Assembly: GCA_029939895.1 (NCBI GenBank)
Contig: JAOZSB010000001.1
Location: 1-49,287 of the forward strand
Direction: 5' to 3'
Source of the DNA: Desulfobacterales bacterium
Lineage (GTDB): Bacteria > Desulfobacterota > Desulfobacteria > Desulfobacterales > JAOZSB01
DNA length: 49,287 nt
Shown: piece by piece, positions 39,260 to 49,268 of the stretch
Position numbering within the stretch: the first letter of the stretch is position 1
Layout: the number at the start of each line of letters is the position of its first letter
Made by a program: the position numbers and the translations under genes
The notes under the pieces: generated by a model
Databases searched by the model: none
Seen by the model: the letters and a program-made list of their open reading frames with translations, nothing else
Told to the model about the DNA's origin: nothing

Positions 39260-40776
39260 TGGAATTAAGAGCTGAAGAAATTAGTCAAATTATTAAGGAA
39301 CAGATTACCGATTACGACAAAAAGGTTGAGCTTAGCGAAACTGGAATAGTTTTGTCCGTTGGTGATGGAATTGCCAGGATTTACGGCCTAGAAAAAGCAA
39401 TGGCGCTGGAACTTGTTGAGTTTCCAGGCAGTATTTTAGGACTTGTTCTCAATCTTGAAGAGGACAATGTCGGTGTTGCTATTATGGGTGACGATGTTAC
39501 CATTAAAGAGGGTGACCTTGTAAAGCGTACCGGACGTATTGCAGAAGTTCCGGTTGGCGATGCAGTACTTGGACGTGTTGTTTCCGCAGTTGGTGAGCCT
39601 CTTGACGGCAAGGGACCAATCAGCAACGAGGTTTCACGCCGCGTTGAAATGGTAGCTCCCGGTGTTATCGCCAGAAAAGGTGTTCACGAGCCAATGTATA
39701 CCGGTCTTAAGGCAGTTGATGCCATGACACCAGTGGGCAGGGGGCAGCGCGAGCTTATTATTGGTGACCGCCAGATCGGCAAAACAGCTGTTGCTGTTGA
39801 TGCGATCATCAACCAGAAGGGCAAAGACGTATATTGTATATATGTTGCATGCGGTCAGAAAAAATCGACCGTTGCCCAGGTTGCAGCCACACTGGAAAAA
39901 CACGGTGCCATGGAATACACAACCATAGTTTCTGCATGTGCCAGTGACCCGGCAACCCTGCAGTTTATCGCACCATACGCTGGTTGTGCAATGGGTGAAC
40001 ACAGCAGGGACAACGGCAAGCACTCCCTGATCATTTATGATGATCTTTCAAAACAGGCTGTTGCTTACCGCCAGGTTTCCTTGCTTCTCAGGCGCCCACC
40101 AGGACGTGAAGCATTCCCAGGAGACATTTTCTACAACCATTCACGCCTGTTGGAACGTTCCGCAAAACTGAGCGACGATCTTGGTGCAGGAAGCCTCACA
40201 GCCCTTCCAATTATTGAAACACAGGCTGGTGACGTTTCTGCATACATTCCAACAAACGTTATTTCAATTACAGACGGTCAGATCTACCTTGAGCCGAACC
40301 TGTTTTTTGCAGGTGTTCGTCCAGCGATTAACGTTGGTCTTTCGGTTTCCAGAGTTGGTGGAGCAGCCCAGGTAAAGGCTATGAAACAGGTTGCAGGTAC
40401 ATTGCGCCTTGATATGGCCCAGTTCCGTGAGCTGGAAGCGTTTGCAGCCTTTGGCAGCGACCTTGACGCGTCTACACAAAAGCAGCTTACAAGAGGTGAA
40501 AGGCTCGTTGAAATTCTCAAACAGCCTCAGTATCAGCCTCTTTCAATGCCAAAACAGGTTACTATTCTTTATGCCGGAACCAGGGGCTATCTTGATGAAC
40601 AACCAATTGACGTACTTGCCAAATACGAGGCAGGACTCTATCAGTTCATCGAAGACAGATATCCAGAATATTTTGATGCTCTTGAAGAGGCCCAGGCCTT
40701 TACAGAAGATGTTGAAAATCAGGCAAAGAAGATTCTATCTGAGTATGGCGAGGAATTCAAAGACACGATCAAATAG
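39259..40776 (+). CDS. atpA: F-type ATP synthase subunit alpha
   Basis: Walker [11 protein letters not shown], and [28 protein letters not shown]. Confidence 0.98.
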   Translation: MELRAEEISQIIKEQITDYDKKVELSETGIVLSVGDGIARIYGLEKAMALELVEFPGSILGLVLNLEEDNVGVAIMGDDVTIKEGDLVKRTGRIAEVPVGDAVLGRVVSAVGEPLDGKGPISNEVSRRVEMVAPGVIARKGVHEPMYTGLKAVDAMTPVGRGQRELIIGDRQIGKTAVAVDAIINQKGKDVYCIYVACGQKKSTVAQVAATLEKHGAMEYTTIVSACASDPATLQFIAPYAGCAMGEHSRDNGKHSLIIYDDLSKQAVAYRQVSLLLRRPPGREAFPGDIFYNHSRLLERSAKLSDDLGAGSLTALPIIETQAGDVSAYIPTNVISITDGQIYLEPNLFFAGVRPAINVGLSVSRVGGAAQVKAMKQVAGTLRLDMAQFRELEAFAAFGSDLDASTQKQLTRGERLVEILKQPQYQPLSMPKQVTILYAGTRGYLDEQPIDVLAKYEAGLYQFIEDRYPEYFDALEEAQAFTEDVENQAKKILSEYGEEFKDTIK

Positions 40777-40794
40777 TGATTGCTAAAAAAAGAC

Positions 40795-40816
40795 CCTGCC
40801 CTTTGAGTTGGGCAGG
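40795..40816 (+). other. GC-rich hairpin followed by a U-rich tract inside the atp operon (between atpA and atpG)
   Basis: CCTGCCC-TTTGAGTT-GGGCAGG, then TATGATTTTGTTTTAAATTTTTTT. Confidence 0.5.
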
Positions 40817-40873
40817 TATGATTTTGTTTTAAATTTTTTTATCAAATACTTAATAATTACAAGGGCTGATTTC

Positions 40874-41767
40874 ATGGCTACACTAAAGGACGTTCAAAAT
40901 AAAATACAGGCGGTCAAAAAGACCAAGCAGATCACCAAGGCTATGAACATGGTGGCAGCTTCCAGGCTCCGTGGCGCACAGCAGAATATGGACAGTTTTC
41001 GTCCCTATGCTGACAAGTTCGCCGAGGTACTTGGCAGCCTGGCTGAAAAGTCTGGCGATGATGCTAATCCGCTCCTGGTCCCCAAGGAAGAGGTCAAAAA
41101 GGTTCATATAATTTTATGTACCTCGGACAGGGGCCTTTGTGGTGGCTTCAACGCAAACCTTACCGCCGTCGCAGCAAACTTTGTTAATGATACAAAGGAT
41201 AATGGACTAGAGATTACTTTTACATGTTACGGAAAAAAAGGCCGGGACTTCTGTCGCAACACAGGATATGATATTGAGGAAGAAATACTCGGTGTCATGG
41301 GCAACGAGGTTGATTTTGCCAGGGCTTCAGAAACTTCAAAAAAGATCGTCGAGGGTTTTCTTGATGACACATATGATGAAGTTTATGTTGTTCTTTCTGA
41401 GTTTATCAGCATGGCTAAACAAATTCCGACCTTGAAGCAAGTTCTTCCGATTCCCCCGATTGAAACAAAAGAAGAAAGCACAATCGGTGACGACTTTAAC
41501 TACCTGCCGGAGCATATTTGTGAGCCTTCAACCGAAGGGCTTTTTGCTGACATGCTTCCCAGGAATGTTTCAGTTCAGATACACAGGGCGCTTCTCGAAA
41601 CAAACACAAGTGAGCACGCTGCCCGGATGATGGCAATGGATAACGCTACTCAGGCATGTAACGATATGCTTGAGAATTTGACTCTGGCATACAACAAAGC
41701 ACGACAGACGGCCATTACCGCAGAGCTAATGGACATTGTTGGCGGGGCCGAAGCTCTAAAAGGATAA
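40874..41767 (+). CDS. atpG: F-type ATP synthase subunit gamma
   Basis: Start chosen at MATLKDVQNKIQAVKKTKQITKAM, the canonical gamma N-terminus. C-terminus ITAELMDIVGGAEAL. Confidence 0.95.
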   Translation: MATLKDVQNKIQAVKKTKQITKAMNMVAASRLRGAQQNMDSFRPYADKFAEVLGSLAEKSGDDANPLLVPKEEVKKVHIILCTSDRGLCGGFNANLTAVAANFVNDTKDNGLEITFTCYGKKGRDFCRNTGYDIEEEILGVMGNEVDFARASETSKKIVEGFLDDTYDEVYVVLSEFISMAKQIPTLKQVLPIPPIETKEESTIGDDFNYLPEHICEPSTEGLFADMLPRNVSVQIHRALLETNTSEHAARMMAMDNATQACNDMLENLTLAYNKARQTAITAELMDIVGGAEALKG

Positions 41768-43210
<1,443 letters not shown>

Positions 43211-43239
43211 GTTTATTTTAAATAGATGTTTTAACTTTT

Positions 43240-43257
43240 CCAAAAATATATTTTTGG
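43240..43257. repeat. 18-bp perfect palindrome CCAAAAATATATTTTTGG flanked by 11-bp direct repeats GATGTTTTAAC
   Basis: Palindrome at 43240-43257. Direct repeats at 43225-43235 and 43260-43270, in the atpD-atpC spacer. Confidence 0.85.
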
Positions 43258-43304
43258 TTGATGTTTTAACAGTTGAGTAATAAGCCTTAAATAGAGGTTT
43301 TAAA

Positions 43305-43718
43305 ATGACTGATTTTATAAAACTGGAAGTTGTAACTCCAGCAAAAAGTATTGTGAAAGAAGAAGCTGAAATTGTCATGGCACCGGGTGTGCTTGGTGAA
43401 TTCGGTGTTCTAAAGGGTCATACCCCTTTTCTCACAACTTTGAGAACCGGTGTTCTTCATTATACGGACTCAAGTGGTGCAGAGAAAAAAGTTTTTGTCA
43501 GCGGCGGTTTTGCAGAAGCATTGCCCGACAAAGTGACTGTTCTCGCAGAAATTGCAGAAAAGAGCGAGGATATTGATCTTGAAGCTGCAAAGACAGATGC
43601 GGAACAGGCTCGTAAGACGATTGATTCAGAAGATGTTGAAGGGCCTGAACTTGATGCAGCCAAGGCAGCACTTGAGCTTGCCCAGGGCAAAATAAATGCT
43701 GTTGAATCAGGTGAGTAG
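43305..43718 (+). CDS. atpC: F-type ATP synthase subunit epsilon
   Basis: 137 aa. LEVVTP...G.FGVL.GH.P pattern, and last gene of the operon. Confidence 0.93.
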   Translation: MTDFIKLEVVTPAKSIVKEEAEIVMAPGVLGEFGVLKGHTPFLTTLRTGVLHYTDSSGAEKKVFVSGGFAEALPDKVTVLAEIAEKSEDIDLEAAKTDAEQARKTIDSEDVEGPELDAAKAALELAQGKINAVESGE

Positions 43719-43803
43719 GTTAGATTGACAAACTCAGACTCTGAATTTAGTCCAAATCCAGAATTGATTTCAGAATCGGAATTGAGTTATTATTGATATT
43801 GAA

Positions 43804-43835
43804 AAGGGCAAACCGTGGGTTTGTCCTTTTTTTTT
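43804..43835 (+). terminator. Rho-independent terminator after atpC
   Basis: AAGGGCAAACC-GTG-GGTTTGTCCTT (11 bp, one G-U), followed by a T9 run. Confidence 0.85.
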
Positions 43836-43849
43836 AGAGAGCACAAAAA

Positions 43850-44599
43850 ATGTCAGAAAAATTATGCGTTATAATACTTGCCGCCGGACTCGGAACACGG
43901 ATGAAATCGGACAGAGCCAAAGTTCTGCATGAGCTTAATGGCAAGTCTATGATAGAATACGTTGTTGAAACGGCAAGAACTGTTGCAGGCGACAATGTTG
44001 TAGTCGTTGTCGGCCACCAGGCAGAAGAGGTCAAAAACGCATCTGGATCTGGAATCAGGTTCGCACTTCAGGAAGAACAAAACGGCACGGGTCACGCTGC
44101 AATGTGTGCAGTTCCCCAGGTGTCGGATGGAACTGAAACGATAATTATTCTTTGTGGCGATGTTCCCCTTCTCAGGGTTGAGACCCTCAAGAAAATGTAT
44201 GAGAAGCACCTTGAAGAAAAAAGGGACGCAACGGTTCTTGCAGTGGAATTTGAAGACTCCACCGGGTACGGCAGAATAATCAAAGATGAAAAAGGGAATC
44301 TCGTTGGTATTGTTGAAGAAGCCGATGCATCCCTTGAGCAGAAGCGGATTAAGACGGTTAACTCTGGTATATACTGTGTTTACAAGAGTTTTCTAATAGA
44401 TGCACTTGAAAAGGTAGACTCCGACAACGCTCAGAACGAATATTACCTTACCGATATTATAGGGATTGGCCATGCTCAAAAAAAGAGTATGGGTGTTTTT
44501 GAATCTGATGACGCAGACCAAGTTGTTGGAATAAACAGCAAAAAAGATCTCGACGAAGCTGAGAACCTTTTAATTGGACGTATTAAGAATAAATCTTGA
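43850..44599 (+). CDS. Nucleotidyltransferase equivalent to the N-terminal (uridyltransferase) half of GlmU; no left-handed beta-helix domain
   Basis: Signature ILAAGLGTRMKS and GlmU-like ...QEEQNGTGHA...LCGDVPL...GYGRI.... The ORF stops at 249 aa. Confidence 0.8.
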   Translation: MSEKLCVIILAAGLGTRMKSDRAKVLHELNGKSMIEYVVETARTVAGDNVVVVVGHQAEEVKNASGSGIRFALQEEQNGTGHAAMCAVPQVSDGTETIIILCGDVPLLRVETLKKMYEKHLEEKRDATVLAVEFEDSTGYGRIIKDEKGNLVGIVEEADASLEQKRIKTVNSGIYCVYKSFLIDALEKVDSDNAQNEYYLTDIIGIGHAQKKSMGVFESDDADQVVGINSKKDLDEAENLLIGRIKNKS

Positions 44600-44625
44600 C
44601 TTGGAAATTATATAAACTATATAAT
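44596..44625 (+). promoter_or_regulatory. Near-consensus sigma70 promoter (TTGACT-N18-TATAAT) for the zapB-like/zapA/6S unit
   Basis: Hexamers at 44596-44601 (overlapping the upstream stop codon) and 44620-44625. Confidence 0.55.
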
Positions 44626-44649
44626 ATATACTACATGAGGTGATATAAA

Positions 44650-44889
44650 GTGAATAGTGAAGCCCTAACTCGTCAATTTGACGAGATTGAACAAAAAGTA
44701 GAAAAGTTTGTAGAGGACAAGCGTGTTCTTGAAGATGCCCTTGCTGAAAGCATGGCCAGGGTTGAGGAACTGGAAAGTCGGCTGGAAGAAAAAGAGCAGG
44801 CCGAATCCGTATATAAAGAAGAAAAGTCGCTTGTGCGCTCAAAAATTGATGGTCTTTTAGTTAAGCTTGAAGGTCTTGCCAAAAGCTGA
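44650..44889 (+). CDS. Small coiled-coil protein, ZapB-like
   Basis: GTG start with a GAGG RBS 9 nt upstream. 79 aa, entirely heptad-like and charged. Lies directly upstream of zapA. Confidence 0.5.
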   Translation: MNSEALTRQFDEIEQKVEKFVEDKRVLEDALAESMARVEELESRLEEKEQAESVYKEEKSLVRSKIDGLLVKLEGLAKS

Positions 44890-44934
44890 CAAAAAACTGT
44901 TGTAGAAAAATACCAAGGTGGAGCAGTAAATTAA

Positions 44935-45231
44935 TTGGGACTTAAAACGGTTACAATAGATGTATTTGGTCATCCATTTGTTTTTAAACCTGAAGATGAT
45001 CTGGATGCGGCTGAGGAAATAGCAGCCCTTCTTTCCAGTGAAATAAAGAAGGTCGAAAAAAAAATGAGTACTGTTTCGCCAAAAATCTCTAGAGAAGCGG
45101 TTTTGATAATGGCTGCCTTGAATATAACAAAGGAATATTTCGAGCTGAAAAGGAATTACTCTTCGACACTTGATGATTTGACAAAAAAATCTGCTGTCCT
45201 TTCAAAAATGTTGGATTCGACTATTCAGTAA
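44935..45231 (+). CDS. zapA: Cell division protein ZapA
   Basis: TTG start. 98 aa. N-terminal beta segment VTIDVFGHPFVFK followed by a helical region, typical of ZapA. Followed by a 6S-like RNA as in other bacteria. Confidence 0.75.
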   Translation: MGLKTVTIDVFGHPFVFKPEDDLDAAEEIAALLSSEIKKVEKKMSTVSPKISREAVLIMAALNITKEYFELKRNYSSTLDDLTKKSAVLSKMLDSTIQ

Positions 45232-45295
45232 GCTGTTATGGTATTTTTTTCAAACTTTTCCACTCTTATGCACAAGAAAAAAAGTTTAGTTCTTT

Positions 45296-45480
45296 GAGCC
45301 CCCTGCCGTGTTTGTGATTGGACCAAACTCTTTGATCCAACACTCTCATAAAACGCAGCTTTCCCTGGTTCTGGTGAGCAAGCCCGGCTTGACCGGGAAG
45401 CCTAAAGGTTCTAACATAGCGCATGCTTTTTATAAACGGTTCAAGGACAGTCCAACACGGACTATGGCGGGGGTGCTTTT
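45296..45480 (+). ncRNA. ssrS: 6S RNA (ssrS) candidate, about 185 nt
   Basis: Conserved position immediately 3' of zapA. The two ends pair extensively by hand: GCCCCC/GGGGGU, CCGUG/CACGG, UUGGAC/GUCCAA, CUUUGAUCC/GGUUCAAGG. Apical hairpin CCCGG-CUUGA-CCGGG and a large A/U-rich central bubble. Ends in GCTTTTT. Confidence 0.7.
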
Positions 45481-45770
45481 TAAATTTTTTCTTTGCATAC
45501 AAAAAAGACTTACCCAGGGTTTTACATCACTTCAAAAAAAATAGAATAAAAACAGGCTTGTTTTCCAGTTACAGGTTCTTTGGTCAAAGTTTCCTGGATG
45601 TGGAGAAGATACGAATTTTTAATAATGTGAGCAATTTATACCCAAACGCTCCCTTCGGCAGGACCATGCTGACGCATAATCCTGGATATCCGGCTGGGGC
45701 ATTATATTGTGTTTGAACTAAATTTGCTTTTTTACTCAGACGCTTATTACATATATGGGGGATTTTTTAT

Positions 45771-47333
45771 ATGAACGAAATGGCAATAATGGCAAGTTTC
45801 GTCTTTTTTTGTGTGGGTTTTGCTTTAGCATACTGGCTGCATAGCAGGGTTTCTGCCAAAAAAATTGAAAAAGCTGAATCCGATGCTCTGGCGATTAAAA
45901 ATGACTCACGACTCCAGGCGGAAAATACAGTTAAAAAAGCTGAGGTTGAGGCCAAGGATCTTCTCAACAAAATGAAAGCTGAATTGGAAAAAGAGACCAA
46001 GGAAGCTCGCATAGATGTTAAAAATCAGCAGAACAGGCTTAATCAAAAAGAAGAAAATATAGATAAAAAACTGGACCAGTTTGAGAGACGTGAAAAGGAA
46101 CTGGGCAAAAGAGAAAAAAGAATTAATAATCGAGAAACCGATATTGAAAAAAGTGAACAGCATTACAAAGAAATTATAGAGGAACAAAAGCGAAAGCTTG
46201 AAGATGTTTCTAACATGACAGCCGATGAAGCAAAGGAACTTTTGATAAAGGCCATGGAAAACGAGGCCAGATACGAAGGTGCCAGAATTATTAAAAGGAT
46301 AGAGAACGAGGCAAGGGAAGAAGCCGATAAAAAATCAAAATCAATAATCGCCACCGCTATCCAGCGCTATGCAGCAGAATTTGTGGCAGAGCGCACCGTT
46401 ACAGTTGTTCCGCTTCCAAGCGATGAAATGAAGGGAAGAATTATCGGCAGGGAAGGAAGAAATATCAGGGCGCTGGAAGCTGCCACCGGTATTGATCTGA
46501 TTATAGACGATACTCCGGAAGCTGTAATTTTGTCAGGATTTAACCCTGTCCGCCGTGAAGTTGCAAGAATTTCTCTTACCCGACTTATTTCCGACGGCCG
46601 GATACATCCAGCCAGGATCGAGGATATGGTTAAAAAGGTTACCAGTGAAGTGGACCAAACAATCAAGGAAGCTGGAGAACAAGCAGCCTTTGATCTCGGA
46701 GTTCACGGTATCCACGGCGAACTGATTAAACTCATCGGCAGACTTAAATTCCGAACTTCATATGCCCAGAACGTCCTCCAACACTCCTTTGAGGTTGGTT
46801 TTTTATGCGGAATCATGGCTGCTGAACTTGGGCTGAACGTAAAACTTGCAAGGCGCATGGGCCTTCTTCACGATATTGGCAAGGCAGTTGACCACGAAGT
46901 TGAAGGGCCTCACGCTGTTATTGGTTCAAAGCTGGCTAAAAAACATGGTGAATCAGCAAAAATTGTTCAGGCAATAGCTGCTCATCATGAAGATATTCCG
47001 CCAACTACTGTTTACGACCAACTGGTTCAGGCTGCCGACGGACTTTCAGGTGCAAGACCAGGGGCCAGAAAAGAGCTGCTGGAAAATTATGTTAAACGCC
47101 TTGAGGATCTTGAAAAAATTTCCAATTCATTCAAGGGTGTTTCCAATTCATACGCTATCCAGGCTGGCCGTGAACTAAGGGTTATCGTGGAGAGCGGTCG
47201 GATTTCCGATGAGGAATCAATATTGGTCAGCAGGGACATCGTGAAAAAGATTGAAGAAACAATGTCCTTCCCAGGCCAGATTAAGGTAACTGTAATACGG
47301 GAAACACGGGCTGTGGAATACGCTAATAAATAG
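45771..47333 (+). CDS. rny: Ribonuclease Y (TM, coiled coil, KH, HD)
   Basis: N-terminal TM segment and a long K/E-rich coiled coil. KH motif [15 protein letters not shown] and HD motif [12 protein letters not shown]. Confidence 0.96.
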   Translation: MNEMAIMASFVFFCVGFALAYWLHSRVSAKKIEKAESDALAIKNDSRLQAENTVKKAEVEAKDLLNKMKAELEKETKEARIDVKNQQNRLNQKEENIDKKLDQFERREKELGKREKRINNRETDIEKSEQHYKEIIEEQKRKLEDVSNMTADEAKELLIKAMENEARYEGARIIKRIENEAREEADKKSKSIIATAIQRYAAEFVAERTVTVVPLPSDEMKGRIIGREGRNIRALEAATGIDLIIDDTPEAVILSGFNPVRREVARISLTRLISDGRIHPARIEDMVKKVTSEVDQTIKEAGEQAAFDLGVHGIHGELIKLIGRLKFRTSYAQNVLQHSFEVGFLCGIMAAELGLNVKLARRMGLLHDIGKAVDHEVEGPHAVIGSKLAKKHGESAKIVQAIAAHHEDIPPTTVYDQLVQAADGLSGARPGARKELLENYVKRLEDLEKISNSFKGVSNSYAIQAGRELRVIVESGRISDEESILVSRDIVKKIEETMSFPGQIKVTVIRETRAVEYANK

Positions 47334-47414
47334 GTAAGACAAATTTCCTTTGCAGTATATATTAAGGTAACAGTAATACGGAAAACACGGGCTGTGGAGT
47401 CCGCAAATAGATAG
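47253..47414 (+). repeat. Exact 81-bp-period tandem duplication: the last 27 codons of rny (including the stop) are repeated in frame
   Basis: In the 3' 55 nt (47280-47334 vs 47361-47415), 49 of 55 positions are identical. In the 5' 27 nt, 15 of 27 are identical. Both copies end in TAG (47331-47333 and 47412-47414). Confidence 0.9.
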
Positions 47415-47422
47415 GCAAAAAA

Positions 47423-48703
47423 ATGAGTGTGTTAGAAACATTAAAAATGCGCGGGTTCATCGATCAGACAACCCATGAGGAAGAACTTGAAGAGTATCTT
47501 GGACAGAAGGGAATGTCCTGCTATATCGGATTTGACCCTACTGCATCAAGTCTTCATGTTGGAAGCCTGGTTCCTATAATGTCCCTTGCCCACATGCAAA
47601 GAGCAGGGCACAGACCCATTGCCCTGGTCGGCGGCGGCACCGGACTGGTTGGAGACCCAAGCGGCAAGACAGAGATGCGCCAACTTCTCACACCTGAACT
47701 TGTCCGGCAAAATGCAGAGGGGATCAAGGCGCAGTTAGCCAGGTTTATAGACTTTTCAGATGACAGGGCCTTGATGGTAAATAATGCTGACTGGCTTGTT
47801 GGTCTGGAGTACATTCCTTTTTTAAGAGATATTGGCAGACATTTCAGCGTCAATAGAATGATAAAGGCTGAAAGCTATCGCATGAGGATAGAATCTGAAG
47901 AGGGGCTTAACTTTATAGAGTTTAATTACATGCTTCTCCAGGCCTATGATTTTTATATTTTGAGCCGTGATCACAACTGTATGCTTCAAATGGGCGGCAG
48001 CGATCAATGGGGCAACATTGTGGCTGGTATTGATCTTGTAAGAAAGATGGAGCAAAAACAGTCCTTTGGTATAACCTTTCCTTTGATTACAACCAGCAGC
48101 GGAGCCAAAATGGGCAAAACCGCCAAAGGTGCGATATGGCTGGATTCAGAGCGGACAAGCCCCTATGACTATTTTCAGTTCTGGGTGAATTCAGATGACC
48201 GGGACGTCGCCAGGTTTCTTGCTTTGTTCACTTTTTTGCCAATAGACGAAATAAACGAACTTGGAAATCTTGAAGGAGCTGAACTCAATAGTGCCAAAGC
48301 AGTTCTGGCTTTTGAGGCTACAAGTCTTGCCCATGGCAGTGAAGAGGCAGAAAAGGCACTTGCAGCAGCACAAAGCATGTTTGGAAGTCGCGCAATTCCG
48401 TCAACCTTACTCCCATCGAGTTCTATACCCCGAGAGGCAGCGGCGGGAAAAGCAGATTCTGTACCAGAGACATCTTTTGACCCTGCTGTACTGGAGGAGG
48501 GGATAGCAGCCTTTAAGCTGTTTGCGGAAGTCGGATTAGCAAATACTGGTGGTGCAGCCAGAAGACTCATAACTCAGGGCGGAGCGTATATTAATAATGA
48601 ACGTGTGGAAACCTTTGATTACAGCGTATCCATGGCGGATATGAAGGACGGTGAGATCCTTTTGCGAGCAGGTAAGAAAAAATATCACAAAATTACGATT
48701 TAA
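47423..48703 (+). CDS. tyrS: Tyrosyl-tRNA synthetase
   Basis: HIGH-type motif (SSLHVGSL), KMSKS-type KMGKT, and a C-terminal S4-like domain. 426 aa. Confidence 0.95.
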   Translation: MSVLETLKMRGFIDQTTHEEELEEYLGQKGMSCYIGFDPTASSLHVGSLVPIMSLAHMQRAGHRPIALVGGGTGLVGDPSGKTEMRQLLTPELVRQNAEGIKAQLARFIDFSDDRALMVNNADWLVGLEYIPFLRDIGRHFSVNRMIKAESYRMRIESEEGLNFIEFNYMLLQAYDFYILSRDHNCMLQMGGSDQWGNIVAGIDLVRKMEQKQSFGITFPLITTSSGAKMGKTAKGAIWLDSERTSPYDYFQFWVNSDDRDVARFLALFTFLPIDEINELGNLEGAELNSAKAVLAFEATSLAHGSEEAEKALAAAQSMFGSRAIPSTLLPSSSIPREAAAGKADSVPETSFDPAVLEEGIAAFKLFAEVGLANTGGAARRLITQGGAYINNERVETFDYSVSMADMKDGEILLRAGKKKYHKITI

Positions 48704-48716
48704 GGTTAAAAAAGGC

Positions 48717-48745
48717 TTGACAAGCCAACCTTGCTCATATATGTT
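48717..48745 (+). promoter_or_regulatory. Promoter-like element (TTGACA-N17-TATGTT) embedded in the palindrome GGCTTGACAAGCC
   Basis: TTGACA at 48717-48722, 14 nt after the tyrS stop. Confidence 0.35.
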
Positions 48746-48847
48746 TACTTTTTTTGGTTGTGGTGCATAGAACAACTTGAGCGCACATCAAGAGCAACCA
48801 GACAAAGTTAATTTATGTTCATTTAAAAATTGATCAACAAACAAGAG

Positions 48848-48898
48848 TTAAAAAAAGTAAAAGTTTCGCTTGACAAAGCAAAACAGATACAATACATA
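48848..48898 (+). promoter_or_regulatory. Repeat-borne promoter module 1 (A-rich UP-like tract, TTGACA at 48870-48875, -10-like TACATA after 17 nt)
   Basis: Read directly. The -10 is imperfect. Confidence 0.4.
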
Positions 48899-49062
48899 TA
48901 TTGATTCTTGTTAACGCAAGTAAGAAAAACAAGTCGAAGCATTGCTTGAAAATAACGATGCTGACACGCTTTTGGTTGTAGTGCTTTAAACAATATGAGC
49001 ACATCAAGTGCGGCCAGATAAATCGCAATTATGTTCATTTAAAAATTGATCATTAAGCAAGA

Positions 49063-49113
49063 GTTAAAAAAGTAAAAGTTTCGCTTGACAAAGCAAAACG
49101 GATACAATAAATA
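49063..49113 (+). promoter_or_regulatory. Repeat-borne promoter module 2 (TTGACA at 49085-49090, -10-like TAAATA)
   Basis: Same architecture as module 1, 215 bp downstream. Confidence 0.4.
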
Positions 49114-49217
49114 CATTGATTCTTGTTAACGCAAGTAAGAAAAAAACAAGTCGAAGCATTGCTTGAAAAAACGATGCGGACACGCTACTTACTTGCTTTC
49201 TTCTTAACGCAAGTAAG

Positions 49218-49268
49218 AAAAAAAAGTTAAAGGTTTCGCTTGACAAAGCAAAACAGATACACTAAAAC
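49218..49268 (+). promoter_or_regulatory. Repeat-borne promoter module 3 (TTGACA at 49240-49245, -10-like TAAAAC)
   Basis: Partial third repeat unit. A further TTGACA lies at 49279-49284 at the window edge. Confidence 0.35.

Larger units (their letters stand above)
48751..49186 (+). repeat. Tandem repeat of about 217 bp, two full copies (48751-48969 and 48970-49186), plus a rearranged partial third copy to about 49270
   Basis: Hand alignment of the copies. Long identical blocks include TTATGTTCATTTAAAAATTGATCA, GTAAAAGTTTCGCTTGACAAAGCAAAAC, ATTGATTCTTGTTAACGCAAGTAAGAAAAA and CAAGTCGAAGCATTGCTTGAAAA. Confidence 0.9.

Noticed and set aside
45266-45716. Three 78-97-aa ORFs (both strands) in the zapA-rny gap
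   Set aside because: They overlap the 6S RNA candidate, have no RBS, and give arbitrary basic or hydrophobic translations. The region is better explained as non-coding RNA plus leader.
47334-47422. T-box or other leader riboswitch upstream of tyrS
   Set aside because: Only 89 nt separate rny and tyrS, and most of that is the duplicated rny tail. That is too short, and no specifier or T-box sequence is evident.
47217-47441. 74-aa minus-strand ORF with an internally repeated peptide ([11 protein letters not shown] twice)
   Set aside because: The repeat is simply the reverse-complement reading of the 81-bp rny 3' duplication. It is antisense to rny and tyrS and has no start context.
49188-49217. 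9-bp perfect hairpin (CTTACTTGC...GCAAGTAAG) as an intrinsic terminator
   Set aside because: On the plus strand it is followed by an A-run, not a T-run. On the minus strand the T-run precedes the stem. It is therefore not a canonical terminator in either direction, and I kept it only as part of the repeat-array finding.
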